Assembly: GCA_012270975.1 (NCBI GenBank)
Contig: JAAXHH010000141.1
Coordinates: 122,335-186,334 of the forward strand
DNA from: Candidatus Latescibacterota bacterium
GTDB taxonomy: Bacteria > JAAXHH01
Direction: 5' to 3'
DNA length: 64,000 nucleotides
Shown: positions 44,066 through 53,329 of the stretch, piece after piece
Layout: the number at the start of each line of letters is the position of its first letter
Position numbering within the stretch: the first letter of the stretch is position 1
Position numbers and translations under genes: made by a program
Notes under the pieces: model-generated
The model's database searches: none
Told to the model about the DNA's origin: nothing
What the model saw: the letters and a program-made list of their open reading frames with translations, nothing else

Positions 44066-47000
44066 TTGAAAGTCTCTGACCTGGCGATCAAAAACAGAAT
44101 CAGCATCTTCGTACTGACCGGGGCCGTCATACTTCTCGGCTTCATGTCCTACCTGTCCCTGCCGCGCGAATCAACCCCCTCGATCACCATACCGATCGTA
44201 TTCGTCGCTACCCCCTATTTCGGGGTGGCTCCCGCGGACATCGAGAACCTCGTTACCCAGCCGATCGAGAAGCATCTCGAAGAACTGTCCAACGTGAAGG
44301 TGATTACCTCTACCTCCAGCGAGGGGATCTCCACGGTAGTCATCGAATTCGAGACCGACGTCGACATCAACAATGCGCTCCAGAAGGTTCGTGAAGAGGT
44401 CGACCTCGCGCGGGCCGAGATCCCGGAAGACGCGGAGGAATCCACCATCCAGGAGATCAATTTCGACGACATCCCCATCCTGGTGATCAACGTCGCGGGA
44501 ACCCACAGCCTCGTAACGCTTAAAGACATCGCGGAGGATCTGGAGCAGCGCATCGAACAGATCCCCGGCGTGCTGGACGTTACGGTCGCGGGCGGACTGG
44601 AGCGGGAAGTCCAGGTCAATGTCGATCCGGACCGGTTGGTATACTACGGCCTGGAACTCGATGATATCATCGAAACGATTCGCCAGGAAAACCTGAACAT
44701 GCCCGGCGGATCGATCAAGACCGGAACCCTGCGTTACGCTGTGCGGGTCCCAGGAGAATTCACGACGCCGGAGGAGATCGGGGCGCTGGTGGTCGAGACC
44801 CGCAACCGGCAACCCATCGCCATCACGGATGTGGCGGAGGTCCGCTTCGGTTTCAAGGAAGAAACCTCCTTCGCCCGGCTGAACGGCCTGCCCTGTGTTA
44901 CCCTGAACGTACAGAAACGTAGCGGGGAAAACCTGATTCAGATCGCGGACGCCGTGAAGGAATTGCTGGAGGAAGAACGGGCACGGTTGCCGCAGACGGT
45001 AAGCCTTGCGGTCCTGGCGGACCAGTCCAAGGACATCCGTTCCATGGTCAGCGACCTGGAGAACAATATCATCTCGGGCCTGATCCTCGTCGTCTGCGTG
45101 CTGTTCATGTTCATGGGCGTGCGCAACGCACTTTTCGTGGCCATAGCGATTCCGCTTTCCATGCTGATCTCCTTCATCGTGCTCGACATCCTGGGCTACA
45201 CACTGAACATGATCGTGCTCTTCAGCCTGATCCTGGCCCTCGGCATGCTGGTGGACAACGCCATCGTCATCGTCGAGAACATCTACCGCCACCGCGAGGA
45301 AGGCAGGCCCCTGGTCCGCGCCGCCCGCGAAGGCGTGGGCGAGGTAGCCGTGCCGGTCTGCACTTCCACGCTCACCACGCTGTGCGCCTTCGCCCCCATG
45401 CTTTTCTGGCCGGGCATCATCGGCGACTTCATGAGCTACCTCCCGGCCACGCTGATCATCACCTTGTCGGCCTCGCTTTTCGTCGCCCTCATCATCAATC
45501 CCACGGTCTGCTCCGTGTTGCTCACCGTGAATACGGCCCGGAAGGACCAGAAGTGGCTGATATCCCTGCGCGGGCGGTACAGCCGGTTTCTCATGTGGGC
45601 GCTTGCCCACAGGGCGCCGGTCATGTTCGTCACCTGCGGCGTGCTCGTCGGGATGATCGTGCTTTACGGATTGATCGGCAAGGGCGTGGAGTTTTTCCCG
45701 GAGACCGAACCCAACCAGGCTTACATCGACGTCAACACGGCGATCGGCACCCAGTTGGACGTCTCCGACGGCGTGGTCCGGCAGGCGGAGGATTTCATAC
45801 AGGACGTGCCCGACATGAACCAGTACGTCGCCAGCGTGGGGGCGGCCTCGGACTCCCAGAATCCCGGCTCGGGCGGTGGCGGCGGGACGCCTCACAGGTC
45901 GCGGATCATCGTCGACCTCCTGGAACGGCAGGACAGGGAACAGTCCTCCTTCGAAACGGTGGAAATGATCCGGCGGCGGATGGAACGTCTCATCGGCGCA
46001 GACGTGGAAATCGTAACGCCCGATGTCGGCCCGCCCACCGCGGCGCCGGTCAACATTGAAATCGTGGGAGAGGACTTCGCCGTGCTCGGTGGGCTGGCCG
46101 ACCAGGTGATGCTGCGCATCGAGAACATCCCGGGCCTGGTGGACCTCAAGGACGACTACGATTCGGGCAAACCTGAACTGAAAGTCGAAATCGACCGCGA
46201 ACAGGCCGCCCTGCTGGAAATGAACACGGCCGAGATCGCGCGGGCGGTGCGCACCGCCATCAACGGCACGGAAGCCTCCAAGTACCGGGTCGGGGAGGAG
46301 GAATACGACATCGTGGTCCGGTTCGCCGAACCCGAGCGGGCTACGTTTGCCGACCTGGAACGCATTCACATCATCCATGAGGACGAACTGGTCTCGCTGA
46401 GCACCCTGGCCCGGACCCGCGTGGACGGCGGCGTGGGGTCCATCAAACGGAAGGACCAGGAACGCGTGCTGACCATCGAAGGCGACGTGGAGGGCCGGCT
46501 TGCAAACGACGTGCTCACGGATGTGCAGGCCGCCCTGGCGGAACTCGATCTGCCCGAAGGATACGCCCTGCGGTACGCCGGTGAGAACGTAGAGCAGGAC
46601 GAAGCGACCGACTTTCTGTCCAGGGCTTTTTTCATCGCCCTGATCATGATCACGCTCGTGCTCGTCACGCAGTTCAATTCCGTCACCATGCCCTTCATCA
46701 TTATGATGTCCGTGGTGCTGTCGCTGATCGGCGTCCTGTTGGGACTGATCGTGACGGCCACGCCCTTCGGCATCATCATGACCGGTATCGGGGTCATCAG
46801 CCTGGCCGGAGTGGTCGTCAACAACGCCATCGTGCTGATCGATTACATAAGGAAACTACGAAACCGCGGCCTGCGGCGAAGGGAAGCGATCGTCCAGGGC
46901 GGGGTGACCCGGTTGCGGCCGGTCCTTTTGACGGCGATGACGACGATTCTCGGCCTCATTCCCCTGACCACCGGGTTCAGCTTCAATTTCATGACGCTCA

Positions 47001-47221
47001 CGCTCGAGATTGGTGGAGAGAGCTCGCAGTGGTGGGGTCCCATGGGGGTGGCCGTGATCTTCGGACTGGCCATAGCCACGGTGCTGACCCTGGTCGTGGT
47101 TCCCGTCATGTACGACTTCGTGTCGGGGTGGACCGAACGGGGTGACCGGGAAGCGAAAGTAGCGGAAGAAAGCAGGCAGGGCAGCGGTACCGCCGTTGAT
47201 CAACCCGTACCTGCCGTATGA
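44066..47221 (+). CDS. Efflux RND transporter permease subunit (HAE1/AcrB-like)
   Basis: 1051 aa with 12 TM helices and two large periplasmic loops. The TM4 motif LALGMLVDNAIVIVENI resembles multidrug HAE1 more than the heavy-metal HME family. Confidence 0.9.
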   Translation: MKVSDLAIKNRISIFVLTGAVILLGFMSYLSLPRESTPSITIPIVFVATPYFGVAPADIENLVTQPIEKHLEELSNVKVITSTSSEGISTVVIEFETDVDINNALQKVREEVDLARAEIPEDAEESTIQEINFDDIPILVINVAGTHSLVTLKDIAEDLEQRIEQIPGVLDVTVAGGLEREVQVNVDPDRLVYYGLELDDIIETIRQENLNMPGGSIKTGTLRYAVRVPGEFTTPEEIGALVVETRNRQPIAITDVAEVRFGFKEETSFARLNGLPCVTLNVQKRSGENLIQIADAVKELLEEERARLPQTVSLAVLADQSKDIRSMVSDLENNIISGLILVVCVLFMFMGVRNALFVAIAIPLSMLISFIVLDILGYTLNMIVLFSLILALGMLVDNAIVIVENIYRHREEGRPLVRAAREGVGEVAVPVCTSTLTTLCAFAPMLFWPGIIGDFMSYLPATLIITLSASLFVALIINPTVCSVLLTVNTARKDQKWLISLRGRYSRFLMWALAHRAPVMFVTCGVLVGMIVLYGLIGKGVEFFPETEPNQAYIDVNTAIGTQLDVSDGVVRQAEDFIQDVPDMNQYVASVGAASDSQNPGSGGGGGTPHRSRIIVDLLERQDREQSSFETVEMIRRRMERLIGADVEIVTPDVGPPTAAPVNIEIVGEDFAVLGGLADQVMLRIENIPGLVDLKDDYDSGKPELKVEIDREQAALLEMNTAEIARAVRTAINGTEASKYRVGEEEYDIVVRFAEPERATFADLERIHIIHEDELVSLSTLARTRVDGGVGSIKRKDQERVLTIEGDVEGRLANDVLTDVQAALAELDLPEGYALRYAGENVEQDEATDFLSRAFFIALIMITLVLVTQFNSVTMPFIIMMSVVLSLIGVLLGLIVTATPFGIIMTGIGVISLAGVVVNNAIVLIDYIRKLRNRGLRRREAIVQGGVTRLRPVLLTAMTTILGLIPLTTGFSFNFMTLTLEIGGESSQWWGPMGVAVIFGLAIATVLTLVVVPVMYDFVSGWTERGDREAKVAEESRQGSGTAVDQPVPAV

Positions 47222-47253
47222 CCGGAAGCCGTAGAATTAAGCTGGAGGATAGC

Positions 47254-48606
47254 ATGATTCGCAGCGTGTTGAATACAGTGGTGTCGATCGCCATTGCGGC
47301 CGGCGTCGCACTTCCGTTGTCCGCCCAGCAGGACGACGAGATCGTGCTTACGCTCGACCGGGCCGTCGAGCTTGCGCTCAGGAACAACGAATCCCTGCTG
47401 AGCACCAGGCTGGAGGAAGACCGTGCCAGGGCGCGCGTGCGGGAAGCGTATTCCGAAGCGCTGCCCAAGCTCGACTTCAGCAGTTCCATCACCCGGAACT
47501 GGGCCCTTCCGGAGTTTAACTTCGGCGGCCAGACCTTCAAGGTAGGCACCGACAACGTGATCAACTTCGGACTCGATCTTTCCCAGACCATCTATCGGGG
47601 CGGGCAGGTCGGAGTCGGCCTGAGAATCGCGCGGTACTTCCAGCAGATTTCGGCATCCAACACGGACCGGATGCGGGGGAACATCGTGCACCAGGTCCAC
47701 GACGGGTACTACAACGTCCTTTTGGCCGAAGCCACGCTGGAGGTTTCCACGGCGGCCTATGACCGTGCCGTGGCCCAGTATGATGGCGTACAACGGTTCT
47801 TCGAAGCCGGGACGGTTTCGGACTACGACGTACTCAGGTCCCGGGTGGAAGTGACCAACGCCCTCCCGCCGGTCACGCAAGCCCGGAACCGGCTCGCGAT
47901 CGCGAAAGCGGACCTCAAGCGCCTGATCGGACTGCCCCGGCAGGCGCGCATACGGTGTACCGGCAGCCTCGACGTAGACGCATCCGGCTTGCCGGGGGAC
48001 ATCGAAACGGCCGTGGATCAGGCGTTGACGAACCGATCGGACCTGAAAGCCGCCCAGTTGCAGACCACGATGAACGATGCGGCGATCCGGCTCGCCCGGG
48101 GAGAAAACGGACTCGACGTATCGCTTTCCGCGGGATACCTGATGCAGGCCCAGGTGAACGACCCTGGTTTCAAGTCGATCGGGTTCAACGACTTCTCCCG
48201 GAGCTGGAACACGCTCATCAACGTGTCGATTCCGGTCTTTGACGGGAGGCAGAATTCGGGCCGTATCATGCAGGCTCAGGCGGACTATGAGTTGTCACGT
48301 TACGTCGAACGCCAGCTCGGGAAGCAGATCGAGGTGGACGTCACCGAGGCCGTGCTCAACGTTGTGGAGGCGTCGGAACGCGTAAGAGCCGGCGAGGAGG
48401 CCGTCGAACTGGCCAGCCGCGGCCTGTCCATCGCGCAGGTACAATACGAGGGCGGCGTCAGCACGCAACTCGAGCTCATCGACGCCCAGTTCGTCCTGAA
48501 GCAGGCCGAGACCGATCACGTTACGGCGAAGTATGATTATGCCACGGCCACCGCGAAGTTGCGTAATGTCCTGGGCATGATGGACGATCGATCGGATGAC
48601 CGGTGA
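47254..48606 (+). CDS. TolC family outer-membrane efflux protein
   Basis: GGAGG lies 5 nt before ATG 47254 and gives a signal peptide MIRSVLNTVVSIAIAAGVALPLSAQQ. Two repeated alpha-helical/beta-barrel halves follow. The track start (47218) overlaps the RND gene. Confidence 0.8.
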   Translation: MIRSVLNTVVSIAIAAGVALPLSAQQDDEIVLTLDRAVELALRNNESLLSTRLEEDRARARVREAYSEALPKLDFSSSITRNWALPEFNFGGQTFKVGTDNVINFGLDLSQTIYRGGQVGVGLRIARYFQQISASNTDRMRGNIVHQVHDGYYNVLLAEATLEVSTAAYDRAVAQYDGVQRFFEAGTVSDYDVLRSRVEVTNALPPVTQARNRLAIAKADLKRLIGLPRQARIRCTGSLDVDASGLPGDIETAVDQALTNRSDLKAAQLQTTMNDAAIRLARGENGLDVSLSAGYLMQAQVNDPGFKSIGFNDFSRSWNTLINVSIPVFDGRQNSGRIMQAQADYELSRYVERQLGKQIEVDVTEAVLNVVEASERVRAGEEAVELASRGLSIAQVQYEGGVSTQLELIDAQFVLKQAETDHVTAKYDYATATAKLRNVLGMMDDRSDDR

Positions 48607-48621
48607 GGCAACCGGTTCGGA

Positions 48622-49599
48622 CTACCGCGCCATGCCGGGCCCCCGGTAGGCGCGTGTGAAGGGCAGGCCGAAGGGCTCCTCGAAGGGTCGGAAGGGCACC
48701 ATGTCCGCGATCTCCCGCACCCGGTCCATGATCGCCTCCGGGAGCGGTCCGGCATCCACGTAACGGACATTTTGCTCGACCTCCTCGACCGACCTCGATC
48801 CCGACAGGACCGTGGAGACGACGGGATTGGACAACACCCAGCGAATTGCCAGTTCCGGCAGCGGCATATCCAGCTCCTCCACCAGGCCATACAGCCGTCT
48901 GAACTGCGCGCGCCGGGGCGGAGACAACCAGGGCGCCCCGCGCTCCACCTGCTCGGTGTAGCACGCGGACAGCGCCCCCTGCTGCAAGGGGGATCCCACG
49001 ACGATCCCCATGTTCTGTTTCACGGCCTCGGGAAGGACGGCGTGGACCGCTTCCTGCCAGAGCAGGCTGTAGTTGAAGGCCGTAAGCACGACGTCGTATG
49101 CGCCGGTCGCCATGATGGCGGGCAACGTATATGCCGTCGTGCCTCCAAGCCCGGTGTAGCGTATTACGCCTTCGGATTTCAGCGCCTCGAGCAGTCCGCA
49201 TACGGGACCGTGAAACCGTTCCCAGTCCGTAAACCAGTCATACTGGCCGGGGCGGTCCGGTTCGTGGATCATGAGAATGTCGATCGCGTCTCTCTTCAAC
49301 AGTTCCAGACTGGTCTCCACGGACCGGCGCAACTGATCCGGGTCCGTGGGATCGAAGGGTTGGGGCCGTCCGCCGAGCTTGGTCGAAAGGATGAAGGGTT
49401 GTGGCATACCTTCCAGGGCCTGGCCCATCACTTCCTCGGAATCGCTGTATGACGGTGCCGTGTCAACGTAGTTTATCCCGAGTTCCAGTCCCCGCCGTAC
49501 CGCCCGAATGCCCTCGGTCCGGTCCGAGCCGTAGGTTGAAACAAACAGCCCGCCCATTCCGATCTCGCTTACCCGAATGCCGGTCTTCCCGAGGATCCT
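48622..49599 (-). CDS. Aldo/keto reductase family oxidoreductase
   Basis: ATG 49597-49599 (RBS GGGGGAAG) gives MRHRILGKTGIRVSEIGMGG...YVDTAPSY...LMIHEPD. The track ORF extends to 49794 without support. Confidence 0.85.
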   Translation of the reverse strand, partial: RILGKTGIRVSEIGMGGLFVSTYGSDRTEGIRAVRRGLELGINYVDTAPSYSDSEEVMGQALEGMPQPFILSTKLGGRPQPFDPTDPDQLRRSVETSLELLKRDAIDILMIHEPDRPGQYDWFTDWERFHGPVCGLLEALKSEGVIRYTGLGGTTAYTLPAIMATGAYDVVLTAFNYSLLWQEAVHAVLPEAVKQNMGIVVGSPLQQGALSACYTEQVERGAPWLSPPRRAQFRRLYGLVEELDMPLPELAIRWVLSNPVVSTVLSGSRSVEEVEQNVRYVDAGPLPEAIMDRVREIADMVPFRPFEEPFGLPFTRAYRGPGMAR

Positions 49600-49637
49600 G
49601 TGCCGCATGACTTCCCCCGTGCGCCGATTCCCTCTAC

Positions 49638-49665
49638 TTGACAGGTCTGGAATGGATTGTATATA
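49638..49665 (+). promoter_or_regulatory. Putative sigma70 promoter (TTGACA-16-TATATA) followed by a direct repeat GAACATATT x2
   Basis: cttgacaggtctggaatggattgtatatagtcc lies 130 nt upstream of ATG 49793. A direct repeat cagaacatattggaaacatcgaacatattt follows at 49682-49712. Confidence 0.45.
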
Positions 49666-49792
49666 GTCCGACCATTGCAACGCCAGAACATATTGGAAAC
49701 ATCGAACATATTTACAGCCTGGCCTTCGTTCGCGCACTTCGGTACGCGTCTCAACCGAATGGCGAACCGTCGGTTTCCGTGAAAGGACCGCC

Positions 49793-50680
49793 ATGCCTTA
49801 CAAGCTTCTGCCCGGCCGGATGTATATGATGCCGACGCATTTCGGGCCGGCTTCGGGTCCGCGGCAAGGCCCCGAAGGACACGGATTCGACTGTCGCGAC
49901 ACTCCGCGGGCCACTTCGTATACCGTGAGCTTCCTGACCAGGGCGGAACAGCTGGACGCCCTGCTTCCGGCAGGTTTCAGACTGTCGGGCGAGCCCGTGG
50001 TCACCGTGACGGTCACCTTTCTGACCGAAATAGAGTGGCTGGCCGGCAGGGGTTACAATACACTCGGGGTGAGTTTCCCCGCCGAATACGAAGGAAAGCG
50101 GGATCGGGCCAGGGGCCCCTTTCTCGCCGTTCTGTGGGAAAACCTGGCCGACCCCATATTGACCGGAAGGGAACAACTGGGCTTCTCGAAGATCTACTGC
50201 GCGATCCCGCCGCCGGCCGTCCTGAACGGCGAGACCCGCTGCGCGGCGGAATGGCTCGGCTTTACCTTCATGGACATGCGTCTGACGGATATGGAAACAG
50301 TCCCGGCGGCGGAGGTCGAGGGAGAAGCCGCCGCGGACAAAACACCGGTGGAACAGGATCAGGATGACGCGGCAGAAGAGCTTCACGCCGAATTGACGGG
50401 AACCCTGCACTACAAGTACATACCCCGGACGGGCGAATGGGGCAGTTCCGATGCGGAATATGCCGTTTTGACTCCGTCCGCCACGCCAAACCGCAGGGTG
50501 ACGGCGCAGTGGAACGGCAAAGGCAGGGTACGGTTCCACAGGGCGGCCTGGCAGGATTTGCCGACACAGTATCATATCGTCAACGCCTTCGCGGAACTCG
50601 AGCAAATCTCCTTTCGCGGTGCGAGTATCGTAGAGACCGTGGGGGGCAAGGACCTGAGCGACCAGCGTGTCTTAACGTAA
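49793..50680 (+). CDS. Acetoacetate decarboxylase (ADC)-like superfamily protein
   Basis: 295 aa with the ADC-fold signature, including a lysine-containing segment (LGFSKIYCAIPP) and an acidic insert. It is co-directional with the downstream aminotransferase. Confidence 0.6.
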   Translation: MPYKLLPGRMYMMPTHFGPASGPRQGPEGHGFDCRDTPRATSYTVSFLTRAEQLDALLPAGFRLSGEPVVTVTVTFLTEIEWLAGRGYNTLGVSFPAEYEGKRDRARGPFLAVLWENLADPILTGREQLGFSKIYCAIPPPAVLNGETRCAAEWLGFTFMDMRLTDMETVPAAEVEGEAAADKTPVEQDQDDAAEELHAELTGTLHYKYIPRTGEWGSSDAEYAVLTPSATPNRRVTAQWNGKGRVRFHRAAWQDLPTQYHIVNAFAELEQISFRGASIVETVGGKDLSDQRVLT

Positions 50681-50776
50681 ACGGCCGCGTAAACGACCGC
50701 GCGGATTCCGTAATCAGATGCGTGACGGTCCCGATCCGGACGTGCGGCGGTCTCCGGGCCGGGCGCGATTCCTGGA

Positions 50777-52075
50777 GTGTACATGGCACATCACAATGAG
50801 CCGGGAGCACATATATTCCACCGTGCGCGCAAGGACCACTGGCCGCTGATTTCATACGGCAGGGGATGCTACCTGTACGATACGGAAGGCAGGGCCTACC
50901 TGGACGCCTGCGCGGGGGTACACGTGGTCGGCATTGGCCACGGGGTAGAGGAAATCGCCGAGGCGATGGCCGATCAGGCCCGAAAAGTCACCTTCGCCTA
51001 CGGTCAGTTCATCAGCCAGCCGCAGATCGACCTGGCCCGGAAGATCGCCGATATGAGCCCGGAAGGCATGGGCCGGGTGTTTTTTGTATCCGGCGGCTCG
51101 GAAGCCACGGAAGCGGCCATGAAGATCGCGCGGAAATACCACGTCGAAACCGGTAACCCGTCCAAGTACCAGGTCGTTTCCTGCTGGCAGAGCTGGCACG
51201 GCAATACGATCGGCGCCCTGTCCATGTCGGGCCGGTCGGCCTGGCGGAAGGACTACACGCCCTATCTGCTGGACTTCCCCCACATTTCGCAGCACAGCAC
51301 CGACGAACTGGAACGTGTGATCCGGCAGATCGGCGCGGAGTACATTTCCGCCTTTATCGTAGAACCCATCCAGGGAACCTCCGCCGCCGGACTGGCGCCC
51401 CCCGACGATTACTTCAGTACAGTCAGGGACATCTGCGATCACTACGGTATACTCCTGATCGTCGACGAGGTCGTCACCGGGTACGGCAGAACCGGAGTCG
51501 ACTTCGGGATCGACCACTGGGGGATCGTCCCGGACCTCATGGCAACCGGAAAGGGACTGAGCAGCGGATACACGCCGATCGCCGCGACCATTGCGCGGGA
51601 CGAGATCTACGAGGCCATCTATGAGACCGCGCCGGCCTTCGTGCACGGCCATACCTACGGCGGCAACCCGCTGTCCTGCGCCACCGCGCTGGCGGTGCAG
51701 GAATATGTCGAAAGTCACCGTCTCGTAAAGCGTTGCGCGGAGATGGGTGAAGTAATGCTTGAACGACTGCGGCCGTTGGCCGAACTGTCCATAGTACGAA
51801 CGGTGCGCGGCAGGGGCCTGCTCTGCGGCGTCGAATTCGCGGCGGACAAGGAGCGCGGGACGCCCTTCGAACCATCGCTCGGCGTGACGGGACGCGTGGT
51901 CCGGGAAGCATTCGACCGGGGCGTACTGGTCATGCCGGGGGCTCCGGGTCCCCTGGACGGCGTCAACGGCGACCACGTCGCGATCAGTCCACCCTACACC
52001 GTCAGCGAAAGCGAGGTGGACCGGATAGCCACGGTCCTCCGGGAGGCGGTGGAAACGGTCGAACGGACGCTCTGA
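50777..52075 (+). CDS. Class III (omega) aminotransferase, PLP-dependent (aspartate aminotransferase fold type I, AT-III)
   Basis: 432 aa. It has SGGSEATEAAMKIAR, DEVVTGYGRTG and a Lys motif (ATGKGLSSGY). Confidence 0.85.
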   Translation: MYMAHHNEPGAHIFHRARKDHWPLISYGRGCYLYDTEGRAYLDACAGVHVVGIGHGVEEIAEAMADQARKVTFAYGQFISQPQIDLARKIADMSPEGMGRVFFVSGGSEATEAAMKIARKYHVETGNPSKYQVVSCWQSWHGNTIGALSMSGRSAWRKDYTPYLLDFPHISQHSTDELERVIRQIGAEYISAFIVEPIQGTSAAGLAPPDDYFSTVRDICDHYGILLIVDEVVTGYGRTGVDFGIDHWGIVPDLMATGKGLSSGYTPIAATIARDEIYEAIYETAPAFVHGHTYGGNPLSCATALAVQEYVESHRLVKRCAEMGEVMLERLRPLAELSIVRTVRGRGLLCGVEFAADKERGTPFEPSLGVTGRVVREAFDRGVLVMPGAPGPLDGVNGDHVAISPPYTVSESEVDRIATVLREAVETVERTL

Positions 52076-52078
52076 CCC

Positions 52079-53209
52079 CTACTGCATGTAGTTCTTGACA
52101 CCCAGGTCCTGGTAGGACCGGTAGGCTCCGTCGGCAAACAACTGGCTGAAGGACCGCGTATACTGGAGCACCGTGGTCATCAGGTGCCGGTCCACCCGCT
52201 TCGGATGGGCCTTCTGCCTCAGATTCACGAAAGCGCGGATCATCACGCTGCGGCTGTCCGTCGGCAGATACCGGATGTTTTCCGCGAATTCGTCGAGACG
52301 TCCCTCGGGATAGAGGTAGTATTCGACATTCGAAAGATAGAACGCGGATATGCGATCGCCCCTTCCCCGCACGAAGTCCCCGATGGCCCTGAGGGCGTGG
52401 CTGCCCGCGAAGTCTCCCGTGACGGGTATGATGGCGTTGCGCGCCTGCATGTCCCGGATGAACCGGTAGTCCGCGTCCGAATCCAGGAAATTGCCGTGGG
52501 CGCCCGCGAGGTCCCGGCCCAGCAGGAACGCCCTGTAGGTAATAAAGGAGATTCCGCGGTCCCCGTCCGACCGGTACTCCCATCTCAAGTCCAGGTGCCG
52601 CTCAAAGAAAGCGCGGTACAGTTCGGATACGCGCAGGATCTCTTCGTTGCTCAACGAGACCTTGAATGCACCTGTCTGCGCCTGTATGCGTTCCAGGTTG
52701 CGGCGAAACAAACTCTCGTCGCCAGCCGTGCGGTCGAAATACGCCACCAGTTCTTCGATCGTGGGTGCCACAGCGTTGAATTCAGTGTTTGAAACGGGTT
52801 TGCTGAAGAGGATGGAAAGGAATTCGGCGCGCGTTTCCGCCAGGGCGAAGATGGCCTTGTAAAGCAGGTGCTCGATAAGGTTGTCCCGGCGAATATCGAG
52901 TATGAAGGCGTACCGCGGCCGGATCTGCGCGATGTAGGTGAAGTTCTGGTCAGGTCCTACGCCAATGTAGACCCCGTCTTCCACACCTAACCGCCTGAGC
53001 GTCTGCTTGACGTGCAGATAACCCGCCTCGTTGGAAACGATGTTGTCGCTGTCGAAAAAACCGCCGGGCTCGGAGAGGGTGTCCACCAGGGCCGCGAAGC
53101 GTTCCGCGGAGAAAGAGACGGCGGGGCCCGCCTGCTCAGTATCTGCGCATCCTGCAGTCGACAGGAATACAGCGGCGAGAACGGCCAACCGCGTTTTCCA
53201 TATGGACAT
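52079..53209 (-). CDS. Hypothetical lipoprotein (no recognised domain)
   Basis: 376 aa. Its signal peptide MSIWKTRLAVLAAVFLSTAGC has a lipobox-like Cys. ATG at 53207-53209. Confidence 0.5.
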   Translation of the reverse strand: MSIWKTRLAVLAAVFLSTAGCADTEQAGPAVSFSAERFAALVDTLSEPGGFFDSDNIVSNEAGYLHVKQTLRRLGVEDGVYIGVGPDQNFTYIAQIRPRYAFILDIRRDNLIEHLLYKAIFALAETRAEFLSILFSKPVSNTEFNAVAPTIEELVAYFDRTAGDESLFRRNLERIQAQTGAFKVSLSNEEILRVSELYRAFFERHLDLRWEYRSDGDRGISFITYRAFLLGRDLAGAHGNFLDSDADYRFIRDMQARNAIIPVTGDFAGSHALRAIGDFVRGRGDRISAFYLSNVEYYLYPEGRLDEFAENIRYLPTDSRSVMIRAFVNLRQKAHPKRVDRHLMTTVLQYTRSFSQLFADGAYRSYQDLGVKNYMQ

Positions 53210-53329
53210 GAACTCGAACCCTCAGGTGAGCCGGCAAGATGCCTGCACGTCGCAGCGGTCCTTTCTTCTGTACTTACTATAGCACGGATCATGGTGGATT
53301 CAAAGTTGTTTATGGAAGACGTATACCGT

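Noticed and set aside
45880-45900. GGC-rich run (ggcggtggcggcggg) encoding a poly-Gly insert in the RND periplasmic loop as a repeat or contingency element.
   Set aside because: It is a short, in-frame, low-complexity linker, common in RND porter-domain loops. It is not a distinct element.
44171-46378. 735-aa antisense ORF inside the RND permease gene, plus the many similar antisense or overlapping ORFs. Examples are 6735..7670, 11218..12525, 16048..16875, 17885..19297, 19719..20933, 39960..41171 and 59965..61371.
   Set aside because: Each is fully contained in, and opposite to, a gene with strong family-level conservation. Their translations are compositionally biased (Arg/Gly/Pro/His-rich) and lack recognisable motifs. 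They are typical GC-rich shadow ORFs.
48636-48647. ccgggcccccgg palindrome as a terminator between TolC-like and AKR genes.
   Set aside because: The stem is only 5 bp with a 2-nt loop and has no U-tract. It is too weak to call.
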